Part shown: positions 10,013 to 20,000 of the stretch, in pieces
Layout of the letters: each line of letters starts with the position of its first letter
How positions within the stretch are numbered: the first letter of the stretch is position 1
From: Bilabrum cf. latius
Lineage: Eukaryota
Reading direction: 5' to 3'
DNA length: 20,000 bases
Assembly: GCA_965178125.1 (NCBI GenBank)
Contig: OZ237763.1
Span: 861,870-881,869, forward strand
The notes under the pieces: model-generated
The model's database searches: none
What the model was told of the DNA's origin: nothing
Seen by the model: only the letters and a program-made list of their open reading frames with translations
Translations under genes and position numbers: made by a program

Positions 10013-10596
10013 TCAATGCTCCTCGCCCTCAGCTTGTGCTGCTGCGGCCGCTTGGCGGGCATCCAGGACTCCTGTGATGTAGGCCATGCGCTACTCCAGG
10101 CGTTCCAGCAGCCAGTCTGCATTCTCGCCTTCACGGACATCGCACATCCGGACCTGGTTTCCAGCTCTGCGCTTCTGCTTCCCGATCCTCTTGGAGTTAT
10201 CCTTGTACTTTTGAACCTCCTAGACGGTGATTGGGGCTGCACCTCCTGCTTGTGGTGCTGGCGGGACTGGTGCTTGACCTGCAGCTCCTGCAGCAGCTTG
10301 TGCTGGTGGGACTGGTGCTTGACCTGCAGCTCCTGCAGCAGCTTGTGCTGGTGGGACTGGTGCTTGACCTGCAGCTCCTGCAGCAGCTTGTTGGGCTGGT
10401 GGGGCTGGTGCTTGACCTGCTGCTCCTGCAGCAGCTTGTGCTGGTGGGACTGGTGCTTGACCTGCAGCTCCTGCAGCAGCTTGTGCTGGTGGGACTGGTG
10501 CTTGACCTGCAGCTCCTGCAGCAGCTTGTTGGGCTGGTGGGGCTGGTGCTTGACCTGCAGCTCCTGCAGCAGCTTGATGGGCTGGTGGTGCTGGAG
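10013..10596 (-). CDS. C-terminal fragment (~194 aa) of an unknown protein: Pro/Ala/Gln repeats plus a basic, helical tail; 2 in-frame TAG codons; no start codon
   Basis: Manual translation: (QAAAGAAGQAPVPPA-like)x7-PQAGGAAPITV*EVQKYKDNSKRIGKQKRRAGNQVRMCDVREGENADWLLERLE*RMAYITGVLDARQAAAAAQAEGEEH-TGA. TAG at 10220 and 10091. Repeat units of 45 and 48 bp preserve the frame. Not present in the supplied ORF track. Confidence 0.55.
10257..10595. repeat. 45/48-bp frame-preserving tandem repeat, about 7 copies
   Basis: Unit ctggtgggactggtgcttgacctgcagctcctgcagcagcttgtg, with +3-bp variants. Confidence 0.92.
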
Positions 10597-11208
10597 GGGT
10601 TAGGGTTAGGGTTAGGGTTAGGGTTAGGGTTAGGGTTAGGGTTAGGGTTAGGGTTAGGGTTAGGGTTAGGGTTAGGGTTAGGGTTAGGGTTAGGGTTAGG
10701 GTTAGGGTTAGGGTTAGGGTTAGGGTTAGGGTTAGGGTTAGGGTTAGGGTTAGGGTTAGGGTTAGGGTTAGGGTTAGGGTTAGGGTTAGGGTTAGGGTTA
10801 GGGTTAGGGTTAGGGTTAGGGTTAGGGTTAGGGTTAGGGTTAGGGTTAGGGTTAGGGTTAGGGTTAGGGTTAGGGTTAGGGTTAGGGTTAGGGTTAGGGT
10901 TAGGGTTAGGGTTAGGGTTAGGGTTAGGGTTAGGGTTAGGGTTAGGGTTAGGGTTAGGGTTAGGGTTAGGGTTAGGGTTAGGGTTAGGGTTAGGGTTAGG
11001 GTTAGGGTTAGGGTTAGGGTTAGGGTTAGGGTTAGGGTTAGGGTTAGGGTTAGGGTTAGGGTTAGGGTTAGGGTTAGGGTTAGGGTTAGGGTTAGGGTTA
11101 GGGTTAGGGTTAGGGTTAGGGTTAGGGTTAGGGTTAGGGTTAGGGTTAGGGTTAGGGTTAGGGTTAGGGTTAGGGTTAGGGTTAGGGTTAGGGTTAGGGT
11201 TAGGGTTA
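10597..11208 (+). repeat. Long internal telomere tract, about 102 TTAGGG repeats
   Basis: Direct reading; no variant repeats seen. Confidence 0.97.
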
Positions 11209-13910
11209 CAGTACCATCCTAGGCCAGGCCCGGGCGCCGCGAAAGTATCATGTTCCGCAAAAAGTATCATGTTCCGCAATGACGGCGGTGCCGCGCAGTG
11301 TCCAAGTGGTCGCAAGATCGCGCCGAGGCGGATCTTGGCCAGTTGCAGAGATGCAAGCAGTCGACAAGAGGTGCGAGTGGTTGGCAATGCATATTTGGTG
11401 TATGATTATGCGTGTCTGCTTGGTTTGCAATGAATCTCGGCCTCGGTCTCCTCGGTGGTGCGGCTCATGGGTGACGAACACCCAGGGGGCTGCACGGGAT
11501 GGACGCGCACCCGGCGAGTCTGGACCAAACCGCGTCGTGCAAATTGGGTTTGCCAAGGAGGTGTGCCCTGCTGTGTTTCGCCCGCGAGAATAGGGGGTTG
11601 TCTCCCCGTCGGGCAGGTATTCCATCCAGCTCGCCCGTCCGTGACTGAGACAGCACGGGCCGCGACAAGTGCGCGAGCCCGGGGATCAAGTCAGCGGCCG
11701 ATGGCAGCGAGCCGGCATGAAGCGCGTGCACGAGGAGCTTGCGCTCCCCATGCACTGCCTGCCCCACCTCATTGCGGATCTGGGACATCAGGTTCATCGT
11801 GTTGCCACACACACCTCCACACTCGACGATCGGATCTACAGAGACACCTGTCCCGGGATGCTGCTCCTCGTCATTGGCCTGCTCCTTCTCGCCCCGGGGG
11901 CACGCGCTGCCTCGAAGCACGCACCCGCGCTCCCGCCCGACTCAAGGACTGAGTGCTGGGAGGGTGCGCGGGCAGCCGCGTGAGAGGATGACGGGCGTGC
12001 CGCCGAAGGCCGAGTCCAGGAGCTGGGGACGGGACGCATCGTTGGGACTGCCCTGAAGAGACCAAAGAATCAACCGCCATCCGTACGGAACCCTATATGG
12101 TCGGCCGGTCTGACTCTCTGCTCGCCCACCGCACGGATCTGCTCAGTTCCATGCAATGTTTGCCAGAAGCGGCGAGAGGGTCTCATCAGCACAGGTGGGT
12201 CCTAAAAGCTGCCTGCAATGCATAAGAAAAGAATAAAACGGTTGAAAATAAATTAATAGCCCCTCGATGCATGGCAACATACCCGAGTGCTGCCATGAAA
12301 ACCGGACAACGCACAAGCACGTCAGCAGACCAGCGACCTTCCCATTCAGATGCCAGAACCTAACACAAATACAAAGCAAACAAACTGAATGAATACAATA
12401 GAATCAAAATACCTGGCGGTTGTTTTACTCGGGCTATGCTGTACCTGGCTGTTCTGTCTGCAAGCGCCATCGCGCGCCCCAATGAGGCGAGACCTAAGCA
12501 GAGCTACAGCAGCATGCCACCTTGGACACACCGCGATATACGGCAGTAAATGGTATTAAATATTAATCCCAACAGGTTCCAGGACACTTGAGACTGTCTG
12601 TGGTGCTGAGAGGTATGGTTGCGCTAGATTTCGCAAACGGTTGTGAACAGCGGAACCAGTTAGCTAGGCGGCGCGGCGTCTTAGGCTGCACAATGCTGCC
12701 AGACTCAGCAGTGAATACCGTCAATCTCGCATCATAGTTTCAAACGATGAGTACTTTTGTTGTATGTGTTAGTGGAAGTCAGTCCGAGTGCATTGGTTGG
12801 GCGAATATTTGAGATTCTCTCACCTTCGCAGTTGCTGCAGCTACTAGATGTATACGCGGACCATCCACTACTTCGCAATATGAAAACGCTGGCGCATTAT
12901 TTCCGCATGAATTCAACTGAGTCCCCTTCCACACGCTAGGCAGCAAGCATCACTATTCACCAGTGGACTTGCCAAAGTCCCTACTACTCCTGTAGTGGCT
13001 GCCTGGGCTGATTCCGATGTCCGGGTTATCAATACCGTCCTAGCACGCTGCCAGAAACCTTCATTGAATGCAATCAAATATCATTGCCTGAGGTGCCGGT
13101 CATTTGGATAGAGAAGGAAGTCACATTTCTGCTGGCTGGCACTGAGGTGCTGCCTCAAGGACGTCGTCCTACATGTTGGGACCAAGCAAATCATACTCCG
13201 TTCGGTGGATTGATCGTTGTACAAGTTTTAAGACTTTATATATCGAGTTACCATGCGGACCACAAAGCGGACCGATCCCAAGGTGGCACATCCGCATCTC
13301 CACCCAGTGGGGCTCCCAACCAGCTTGCCCCAGCATAGCCACCATGGCCCCATCCATCGCCCACACACCCAACCAGCTTGCCCCGGCACAGCCACCACGG
13401 CCCCCTCCATCGCCCACACACCCAACCAGCTTGCCCCAGCACAGCCACCACGGCCCCCTCCATCGCCCGCACTCCCGACCTGCTTGCCCCAGCACAGCCA
13501 CCATAGCCCCCATCCATCGCCCACACACCCTACTTGCTCCGGCACAGCCACCATGGCCCCCTCCATCGCCCACACACCCAACCAGCTTGCCCCAGCACAG
13601 CCACCATGGCTCCATCCATCGCCCACACACCCAACCAGCTTGCCCCAGCACAGCCACCATGGCTCCATCCATCGCCCACACACCCAACCAGCTTGCCCCG
13701 GCACAGCCACCATAGCCCCCATCCATCGCCCACACACCCTACTTGCTCCGGCACAGCCACCATGGCCCCATCCATCGCCCACACACCCAACCAGCTTGCC
13801 CCAGCACAGCCACCATGGCTCCATCCATCGCCCACACACCCAACCAGCTTGCCCCGGCACAGCCACCATAGCCCCCATCCATCGCCCACACACCCTACTT
13901 GCTCCGGCAC
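11209..13910. mobile_element. Cassette E copy 1: 2.7-kb telomere-embedded element with no recognisable protein, ending in a minisatellite
   Basis: Bounded on both sides by TTAGGG tracts and repeated at an offset of 2830 bp. The duplication is seen directly; mobility is inferred. Confidence 0.6.
13315..13910. repeat. ~53-bp C-rich minisatellite with shorter variant units, about 11.5 copies
   Basis: Unit cccaaccagcttgccccagcacagccaccatggccccatccatcgcccacaca; starts at 13315, 13368, 13421 and onward. Confidence 0.93.
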
Positions 13911-14038
13911 AGGGTTAGGGTTAGGGTTAGGGTTAGGGGTTAGGGTTAGGGTTAGGGTTAGGGTTAGGGTTAGGGTTAGGGTTAGGGTTAGGGTTAGGGT
14001 TAGGGTAAGGGTTAGGGTTAGGGTTAGGGTTAGGGTTA
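13911..14038 (+). repeat. Internal telomere tract, about 21 repeats, with TTAGGGG and TAAGGG variants
   Basis: Direct reading. Confidence 0.97.
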
Positions 14039-16740
14039 CAGTACCATCCTAGGCCAGGCCCGGGCGCCGCGAAAGTATCATGTTCCGCAAAAAGTATCAT
14101 GTTCCGCAATGACGGCGGTGCCGCGCAGTGTCCAAGTGGTCGCAAGATCGCGCCGAGGCGGATCTTGGCCAGTTGCAGAGATGCAAGCAGTCGACAAGAG
14201 GTGCGAGTGGTTGGCAATGCATATTTGGTGTATGATTATGCGTGTCTGCTTGGTTTGCAATGAATCTCGGCCTCGGTCTCCTCGGTGGTGCGGCTCATGG
14301 GTGACGAACACCCAGGGGGCTGCACGGGATGGACGCGCACCCGGCGAGTCTGGACCAAACCGCGTCGTGCAAATTGGGTTTGCCAAGGAGGTGTGCCCTG
14401 CTGTGTTTCGCCCGCGAGAATAGGGGGTTGTCTCCCCGTCGGGCAGGTATTCCATCCAGCTCGCCCGTCCGTGACTGAGACAGCACGGGCCGCGACAAGT
14501 GCGCGAGCCCGGGGATCAAGTCAGCGGCCGATGGCAGCGAGCCGGCATGAAGCGCGTGCACGAGGAGCTTGCGCTCCCCATGCACTGCCTGCCCCACCTC
14601 ATTGCGGATCTGGGACATCAGGTTCATCGTGTTGCCACACACACCTCCACACTCGACGATCGGATCTACAGAGACACCTGTCCCGGGATGCTGCTCCTCG
14701 TCATTGGCCTGCTCCTTCTCGCCCCGGGGGCACGCGCTGCCTCGAAGCACGCACCCGCGCTCCCGCCCGACTCAAGGACTGAGTGCTGGGAGGGTGCGCG
14801 GGCAGCCGCGTGAGAGGATGACGGGCGTGCCGCCGAAGGCCGAGTCCAGGAGCTGGGGACGGGACGCATCGTTGGGACTGCCCTGAAGAGACCAAAGAAT
14901 CAACCGCCATCCGTACGGAACCCTATATGGTCGGCCGGTCTGACTCTCTGCTCGCCCACCGCACGGATCTGCTCAGTTCCATGCAATGTTTGCCAGAAGC
15001 GGCGAGAGGGTCTCATCAGCACAGGTGGGTCCTAAAAGCTGCCTGCAATGCATAAGAAAAGAATAAAACGATTGAAAATAAATTAATAGCCCCTCGATGC
15101 ATGGCAACATACCCGAGTGCTGCCATGAAAACCGGACAACGCACAAGCACGTCAGCAGACCAGCGACCTTCCCATTCAGATGCCAGAACCTAACACAAAT
15201 ACAAAGCAAACAAACTGAATGAATACAATAGAATCAAAATACCTGGCGGTTGTTTTACTCGGGCTATGCTGTACCTGGCTGTTCTGTCTGCAAGCGCCAT
15301 CGCGCGCCCCAATGAGGCGAGACCTAAGCAGAGCTACAGCAGCATGCCACCTTGGACACACCGCGATATACGGCAGTAAATGGTATTAAATATTAATCCC
15401 AACAGGTTCCAGGACACTTGAGACTGTCTGTGGTGCTGAGAGGTATGGTTGCGCTAGATTTCGCAAACGGTTGTGAACAGCGGAACCAGTTAGCTAGGCG
15501 GCGCGGCGTCTTAGGCTGCACAATGCTGCCAGACTCAGCAGTGAATACCGTCAATCTCGCATCATAGTTTCAAACGATGAGTACTTTTGTTGTATGTGTT
15601 AGTGGAAGTCAGTCCGAGTGCATTGGTTGGGCGAATATTTGAGATTCTCTCACCTTCGCAGTTGCTGCAGCTACTAGATGTATACGCGGACCATCCACTA
15701 CTTCGCAATATGAAAACGCTGGCGCATTATTTCCGCATGAATTCAACTGAGTCCCCTTCCACACGCTAGGCAGCAAGCATCACTATTCACCAGTGGACTT
15801 GCCAAAGTCCCTACTACTCCTGTAGTGGCTGCCTGGGCTGATTCCGATGTCCGGGTTATCAATACCGTCCTAGCACGCTGCCAGAAACCTTCATTGAATG
15901 CAATCAAATATCATTGCCTGAGGTGCCGGTCATTTGGATAGAGAAGGAAGTCACATTTCTGCTGGCTGGCACTGAGGTGCTGCCTCAAGGACGTCGTCCT
16001 ACATGTTGGGACCAAGCAAATCATACTCCGTTCGGTGGATTGATCGTTGTACAAGTTTTAAGACTTTATATATCGAGTTACCATGCGGACCACAAAGCGG
16101 ACCGATCCCAAGGTGGCACATCCGCATCTCCACCCAGTGGGGCTCCCAACCAGCTTGCCCCAGCATAGCCACCATGGCCCCATCCATCGCCCACACACCC
16201 AACCAGCTTGCCCCGGCACAGCCACCACGGCCCCCTCCATCGCCCACACACCCAACCAGCTTGCCCCAGCACAGCCACCACGGCCCCCTCCATCGCCCGC
16301 ACTCCCGACCTGCTTGCCCCAGCACAGCCACCATAGCCCCCATCCATCGCCCACACACCCTACTTGCTCCGGCACAGCCACCATGGCCCCCTCCATCGCC
16401 CACACACCCAACCAGCTTGCCCCAGCACAGCCACCATGGCTCCATCCATCGCCCACACACCCAACCAGCTTGCCCCAGCACAGCCACCATGGCTCCATCC
16501 ATCGCCCACACACCCAACCAGCTTGCCCCGGCACAGCCACCATAGCCCCCATCCATCGCCCACACACCCTACTTGCTCCGGCACAGCCACCATGGCCCCA
16601 TCCATCGCCCACACACCCAACCAGCTTGCCCCAGCACAGCCACCATGGCTCCATCCATCGCCCACACACCCAACCAGCTTGCCCCGGCACAGCCACCATA
16701 GCCCCCATCCATCGCCCACACACCCTACTTGCTCCGGCAC
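14039..16740. mobile_element. Cassette E copy 2 (near-identical direct repeat of 11209-13910)
   Basis: All ORFs recur at +2830. One substitution was noticed (12241 g vs 15071 a). Confidence 0.6.
16145..16740. repeat. ~53-bp minisatellite in cassette E copy 2
   Basis: Same as 13315-13910. Confidence 0.93.
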
Positions 16741-16812
16741 AGGGTTAGGGTTAGGGTTAGGGTTAGGGGTTAGGGTTAGGGTTAGGGTTAGGGTTAGGGT
16801 TAGGGTTAGGGT
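16741..16812 (+). repeat. Internal telomere tract, about 12 repeats
   Basis: Direct reading; same TTAGGGG variant position as the tract at 13911. Confidence 0.97.
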
Positions 16813-19512
16813 ATCTGGGGGTCATGTTAGGATCGGGGCACGCCCATTTTTGCACCAAAAAATAAACCGTCGCACATTATATATATTTAGATAGCCCTTG
16901 ATGCGTAGATATCCGTAAAAATTTTGCCTAGGGTCGATTTCTCAATATTAAGCGAGATACGCGGAGGTCTAGGGTCACCATGGGAGCGTCAAATTTCAGG
17001 GGCCTGTTTGGGTTGTATGTGGATCGATTGGAGTGTGCATGCGTGTATGTGGTTGTTCCCTGTGGCCAACAATGTGGAATGCACCGCTCGTGTGCCCTGT
17101 CAGTGCTTCGGCGGCGCCGGTTCCGCAGGCGGCTTGAAATGGCTTGTGCGAGCGGTTTCGCCAAGGGGTCGATCCGGAGTCGATATTGTCAGGCCCCATC
17201 CGACGCGTCTCGATACGTAGATATCCGTAAAAATTTTGCCTAGGGTCGATTTCTCAATATTAAGCGAGATACGCGGAGGTCTAGGGTTGGCAGGTGGGCG
17301 CCAGGACGGGTACTCAGGGGCTGTGTGAGCGGGCCTGTTTGGGTTGTATGTGGATCGATTGGACCATGCATGTGTGTATGTGGTTGTTCCCTGTGGCCAA
17401 CAATGTGGAATGCACCGCTCGTGTGCCCTGTCAGTGCTTCGGCGGCGCCGGTTCCGCAGGCGGCTTGAAATGGCTTGTGCGAGCGGTTTCGCCAAGGGGT
17501 CGATCCGGAGTCGATATTGTCAGGCCCCATCCGACGCGTCTCGATGCGTAGATATCCGTAAAAATTTTGCCTAGGGTCGATTTCTCAATATTAAGCGAGA
17601 TACGCGGAGGTCTAGGGTTGGCAGGTGGGCGCCAGGACGGGTACTCAGGGGCTGTGTGAGCGGGCCTGTTTGGGTTGTATGTGGATCGATTGGAGTGTGC
17701 ATGCGTGTATGTGGTTGTTCCCTGTGGCCAACAATGTGGAATGCACCGCTCGTGTGCCCTGTCAGTGCTTCGGCGGCGCCGGTTCCGCAGGCGGCTTGAA
17801 ATGGCTTGTGCGAGCGGTTTCGCCAAGGGGTCGATCCGGAGTCGATATTGTCAGGCCCCATCCGACGCGTCTCGATGCGTAGATATCCGTAAAAATTTTG
17901 CCTAGGGTCGATTTCTCAATATTAAGCGAGATACGCGGAGGTCTAGGGTTGGCAGGTGGGCGCCAGGACGGGTACTCAGGGGCTGTGTGAGCGGGCCTGT
18001 TTGGGTTGTATGTGGATCGATTGGAGTGTGCATGCGTGTATGTGGTTGTTCCCTGTGGCCAACAATGTGGAATGCACCGCTCGTGTGCCCTGTCAGTGCT
18101 TCGGCGGCGCCGGTTCCGCAGGCGGCTTGAAATGGCTTGTGCGAGCGGTTTCGCCAAGGGGTCGATCCGGAGTCGATATTGTCAGGCCCCATCCGACGCG
18201 TCTCGATGCGTAGATATCCGTAAAAATTTTGCCTAGGGTCGATTTCTCAATATTAAGCGAGATACGCGGAGGTCTAGGGTTGGCAGGTGGGCGCCAGGAC
18301 GGGTACTCAGGGGCTGTGTGAGCGGGCCTGTTTGGGTTGTATGTGGATCGATTGGAGTGTGCATGCGTGTATGTGGTTGTTCCCTGTGGCCAACAATGTG
18401 GAATGCACCGCTCGTGTGCCCTGTCAGTGCTTCGGCGGCGCCGGTTCCGCAGGCGGCTTGAAATGGCTTGTGCGAGCGGTTTCGCCAAGGGGTCGATCCG
18501 GAGTCGATATTGTCAGGCCCCATCCGACGCGTCTCGATGCGTAGATATCCGTAAAAATTTTGCCTAGGGTCGATTTCTCAATATTAAGCGAGATACGCGG
18601 AGGTCTAGGGTTGGCAGGTGGGCGCCAGGACGGGTACTCAGGGGCTGTGTGAGCGGGCCTGCTTGGGTTGTATGTGGATCGATTGGACCATTCATGTGTG
18701 TATGTGGTTGTTCCCTGTGGCCAACAATGTGGAATGCACCGCTCGTGTGCCCTGTCAGTGCTTCGGCGGCGCCGGTTCCGCAGGCGGCTTGAAATGGCTT
18801 GTGCGAGCGGTTTCGCCAAGGGGTCGATCCGGAGTCGATATTGTCAGGCCCCATCCGACGCGTCTCGATGCGTAGATATCCGTAAAAATTTTGCCTAGGG
18901 TCGATTTCTCAATATTAAGCGAGATACGCGGAGGTCTAGGGTTGGCAGGTGGGCGCCAGGACGGGTACTCAGGGGCTGTGTGAGCGGGCCTGTTTGGGTT
19001 GTATGTGGATCGATTGGAGTGTGCATGCGTGTATGTGGTTGTTCCCTGTGGCCAACAATGTGGAATGCACCGCTCGTGTGCCCTGTCAGTGCTTCGGCGG
19101 CGCCGGTTCCGCAGGCGGCTTGAAATGGCTTGTGCGAGCGGTTTCGCCAAGGGGTCGATCCGGAGTCGATATTGTCAGGCCCCATCTGACGCGTCTCGAT
19201 GCGTAGATATCCGTAAAAATTTTGCCTAGGGTCGATTTCTCAATATTAAGCGAGATACGCGGAGGTCTAGGGTTGGCAGGTGGGCGCCAGGACGGGTACT
19301 CAGGGGCTGTGTGAGCGGGCCTGTTTGGGTTGTATGTGGATCGATTGGAGTGTGCATGCGTGTATGTGGTTGTTCCCTGTGGCCAACAATGTGGAATGCA
19401 CCGCTCGTGTGCCCTGTCAGTGCTTCGGCGGCGCCGGTTCCGCAGGCGGCTTGAAATGGCTTGTGCGAGCGGTTTCGCCAAGGGGTCGATCCGGAGTCGA
19501 TATTGTCAGGCC
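16813..19512. repeat. Cassette C copy 2: same leader and variant first unit, then 331-bp repeats (about 8 units in total)
   Basis: Matches 8377 onward at an offset of 8436. Units start at 16900, 17212, 17543, 17874, 18205, 18536, 18867 and 19198 (last one truncated). Confidence 0.95.
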
Positions 19513-20000
19513 TAGCAGGGTTAGGGTTAGTTTAGGGGTTAGGGTTAGGTTAGGGTTAGGGTTAGGGTTAGGGTTAGGGTTAGGGTTAGGGTTAGGGTTA
19601 GGGTTAGGGTTAGGGTTAGGGTTAGGGTTAGGGTTAGGGTTAGGGTTAGGGTTAGGGTTAGGGTTAGGGTTAGGGTTAGGGTTAGGGTTAGGGTTAGGGT
19701 TAGGGTTAGGGTTAGGGTTAGGGTTAGGGTTAGGGTTAGGGTTAGGGTTAGGGTTAGGGTTAGGGTTAGGGTTAGGGTTAGGGTTAGGGTTAGGGTTAGG
19801 GTTAGGGTTAGGGTTAGGGTTAGGGTTAGGGTTAGGGTTAGGGTTAGGGTTAGGGTTAGGGTTAGGGTTAGGGTTAGGGTTAGGGTTAGGGTTAGGGTTA
19901 GGGTTAGGGTTAGGGTTAGGGTTAGGGTTAGGGTTAGGGTTAGGGTTAGGGTTAGGGTTAGGGTTAGGGTTAGGGTTAGGGTTAGGGTTAGGGTTAGGGT
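19513..20000 (+). repeat. Probable terminal telomere (TTAGGG)n with degenerate first repeats, running off the window
   Basis: tagcagggttagggttagtttaggggttagggttaggttaggg followed by perfect repeats to base 20000. It could be another internal tract. Confidence 0.9.

Larger units (their letters stand above)
9921..10596 (-). mobile_element. Cassette D: 5'-truncated, oligo(A)-ended sequence joined to telomere repeat; candidate 3' end of a telomeric retroelement or retrocopy
   Basis: On the minus strand: ORF tail, TGA (10013-10015), ~90-nt UTR containing caaccctaaacc, then AATAAAAAAA fused to CCCTAA. The upstream part is replaced by a 612-bp telomere tract. Confidence 0.55.

Noticed and set aside
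7141-11433. ORFs containing (LG)n, (RV)n or (PN)n
   Set aside because: These are translations of telomere repeats, not genes.
11465-11920. Minus-strand 151-aa ORF in cassette E with 'HALHAG', resembling a tyrosine-recombinase HxLR box
   Set aside because: It lacks the catalytic Arg and other motifs in the proper order; overlapping ORFs are expected in GC-rich DNA.
5855-19512. CRISPR-like interpretation of the repeat arrays
   Set aside because: Units are near-identical tandem copies with no unique spacers, the context is eukaryotic, and there are no cas genes.
8488-19515. Recurrent 60-220-aa ORFs in the 331-bp arrays and minisatellites
   Set aside because: They are repeat-derived, occur on both strands, and have no recognisable domains.

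Overview
Eukaryotic chromosome end (TTAGGG telomere on the + strand, running off the right edge) from a flagellated protist. Bases 1-5305 hold two divergent genes: a tandem-PH-domain/coiled-coil protein (minus strand, runs off the left edge) and BBS7 (plus strand, two short GT-AG introns). Both read through multiple in-frame TAG codons but no TAA or TGA, and a third reading frame at 10013-10596 behaves the same way. This points to a non-standard nuclear code in which UAG is sense (probably Gln), UGA is stop, and UAA may remain stop. From about 5680 onward the telomere is a chain of seven cassettes of five types, separated by TTAGGG tracts: 339-bp, 155-bp and 331-bp tandem arrays with related leaders, a 5'-truncated oligo(A)-ended ORF fragment, and a duplicated 2.7-kb unit. 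Their centromere-proximal junctions fit one telomere register, while their distal ends break mid-repeat and are capped with telomere. This is the signature expected of telomere-targeted or terminal mobile elements. No reverse transcriptase or transposase is visible in the window.
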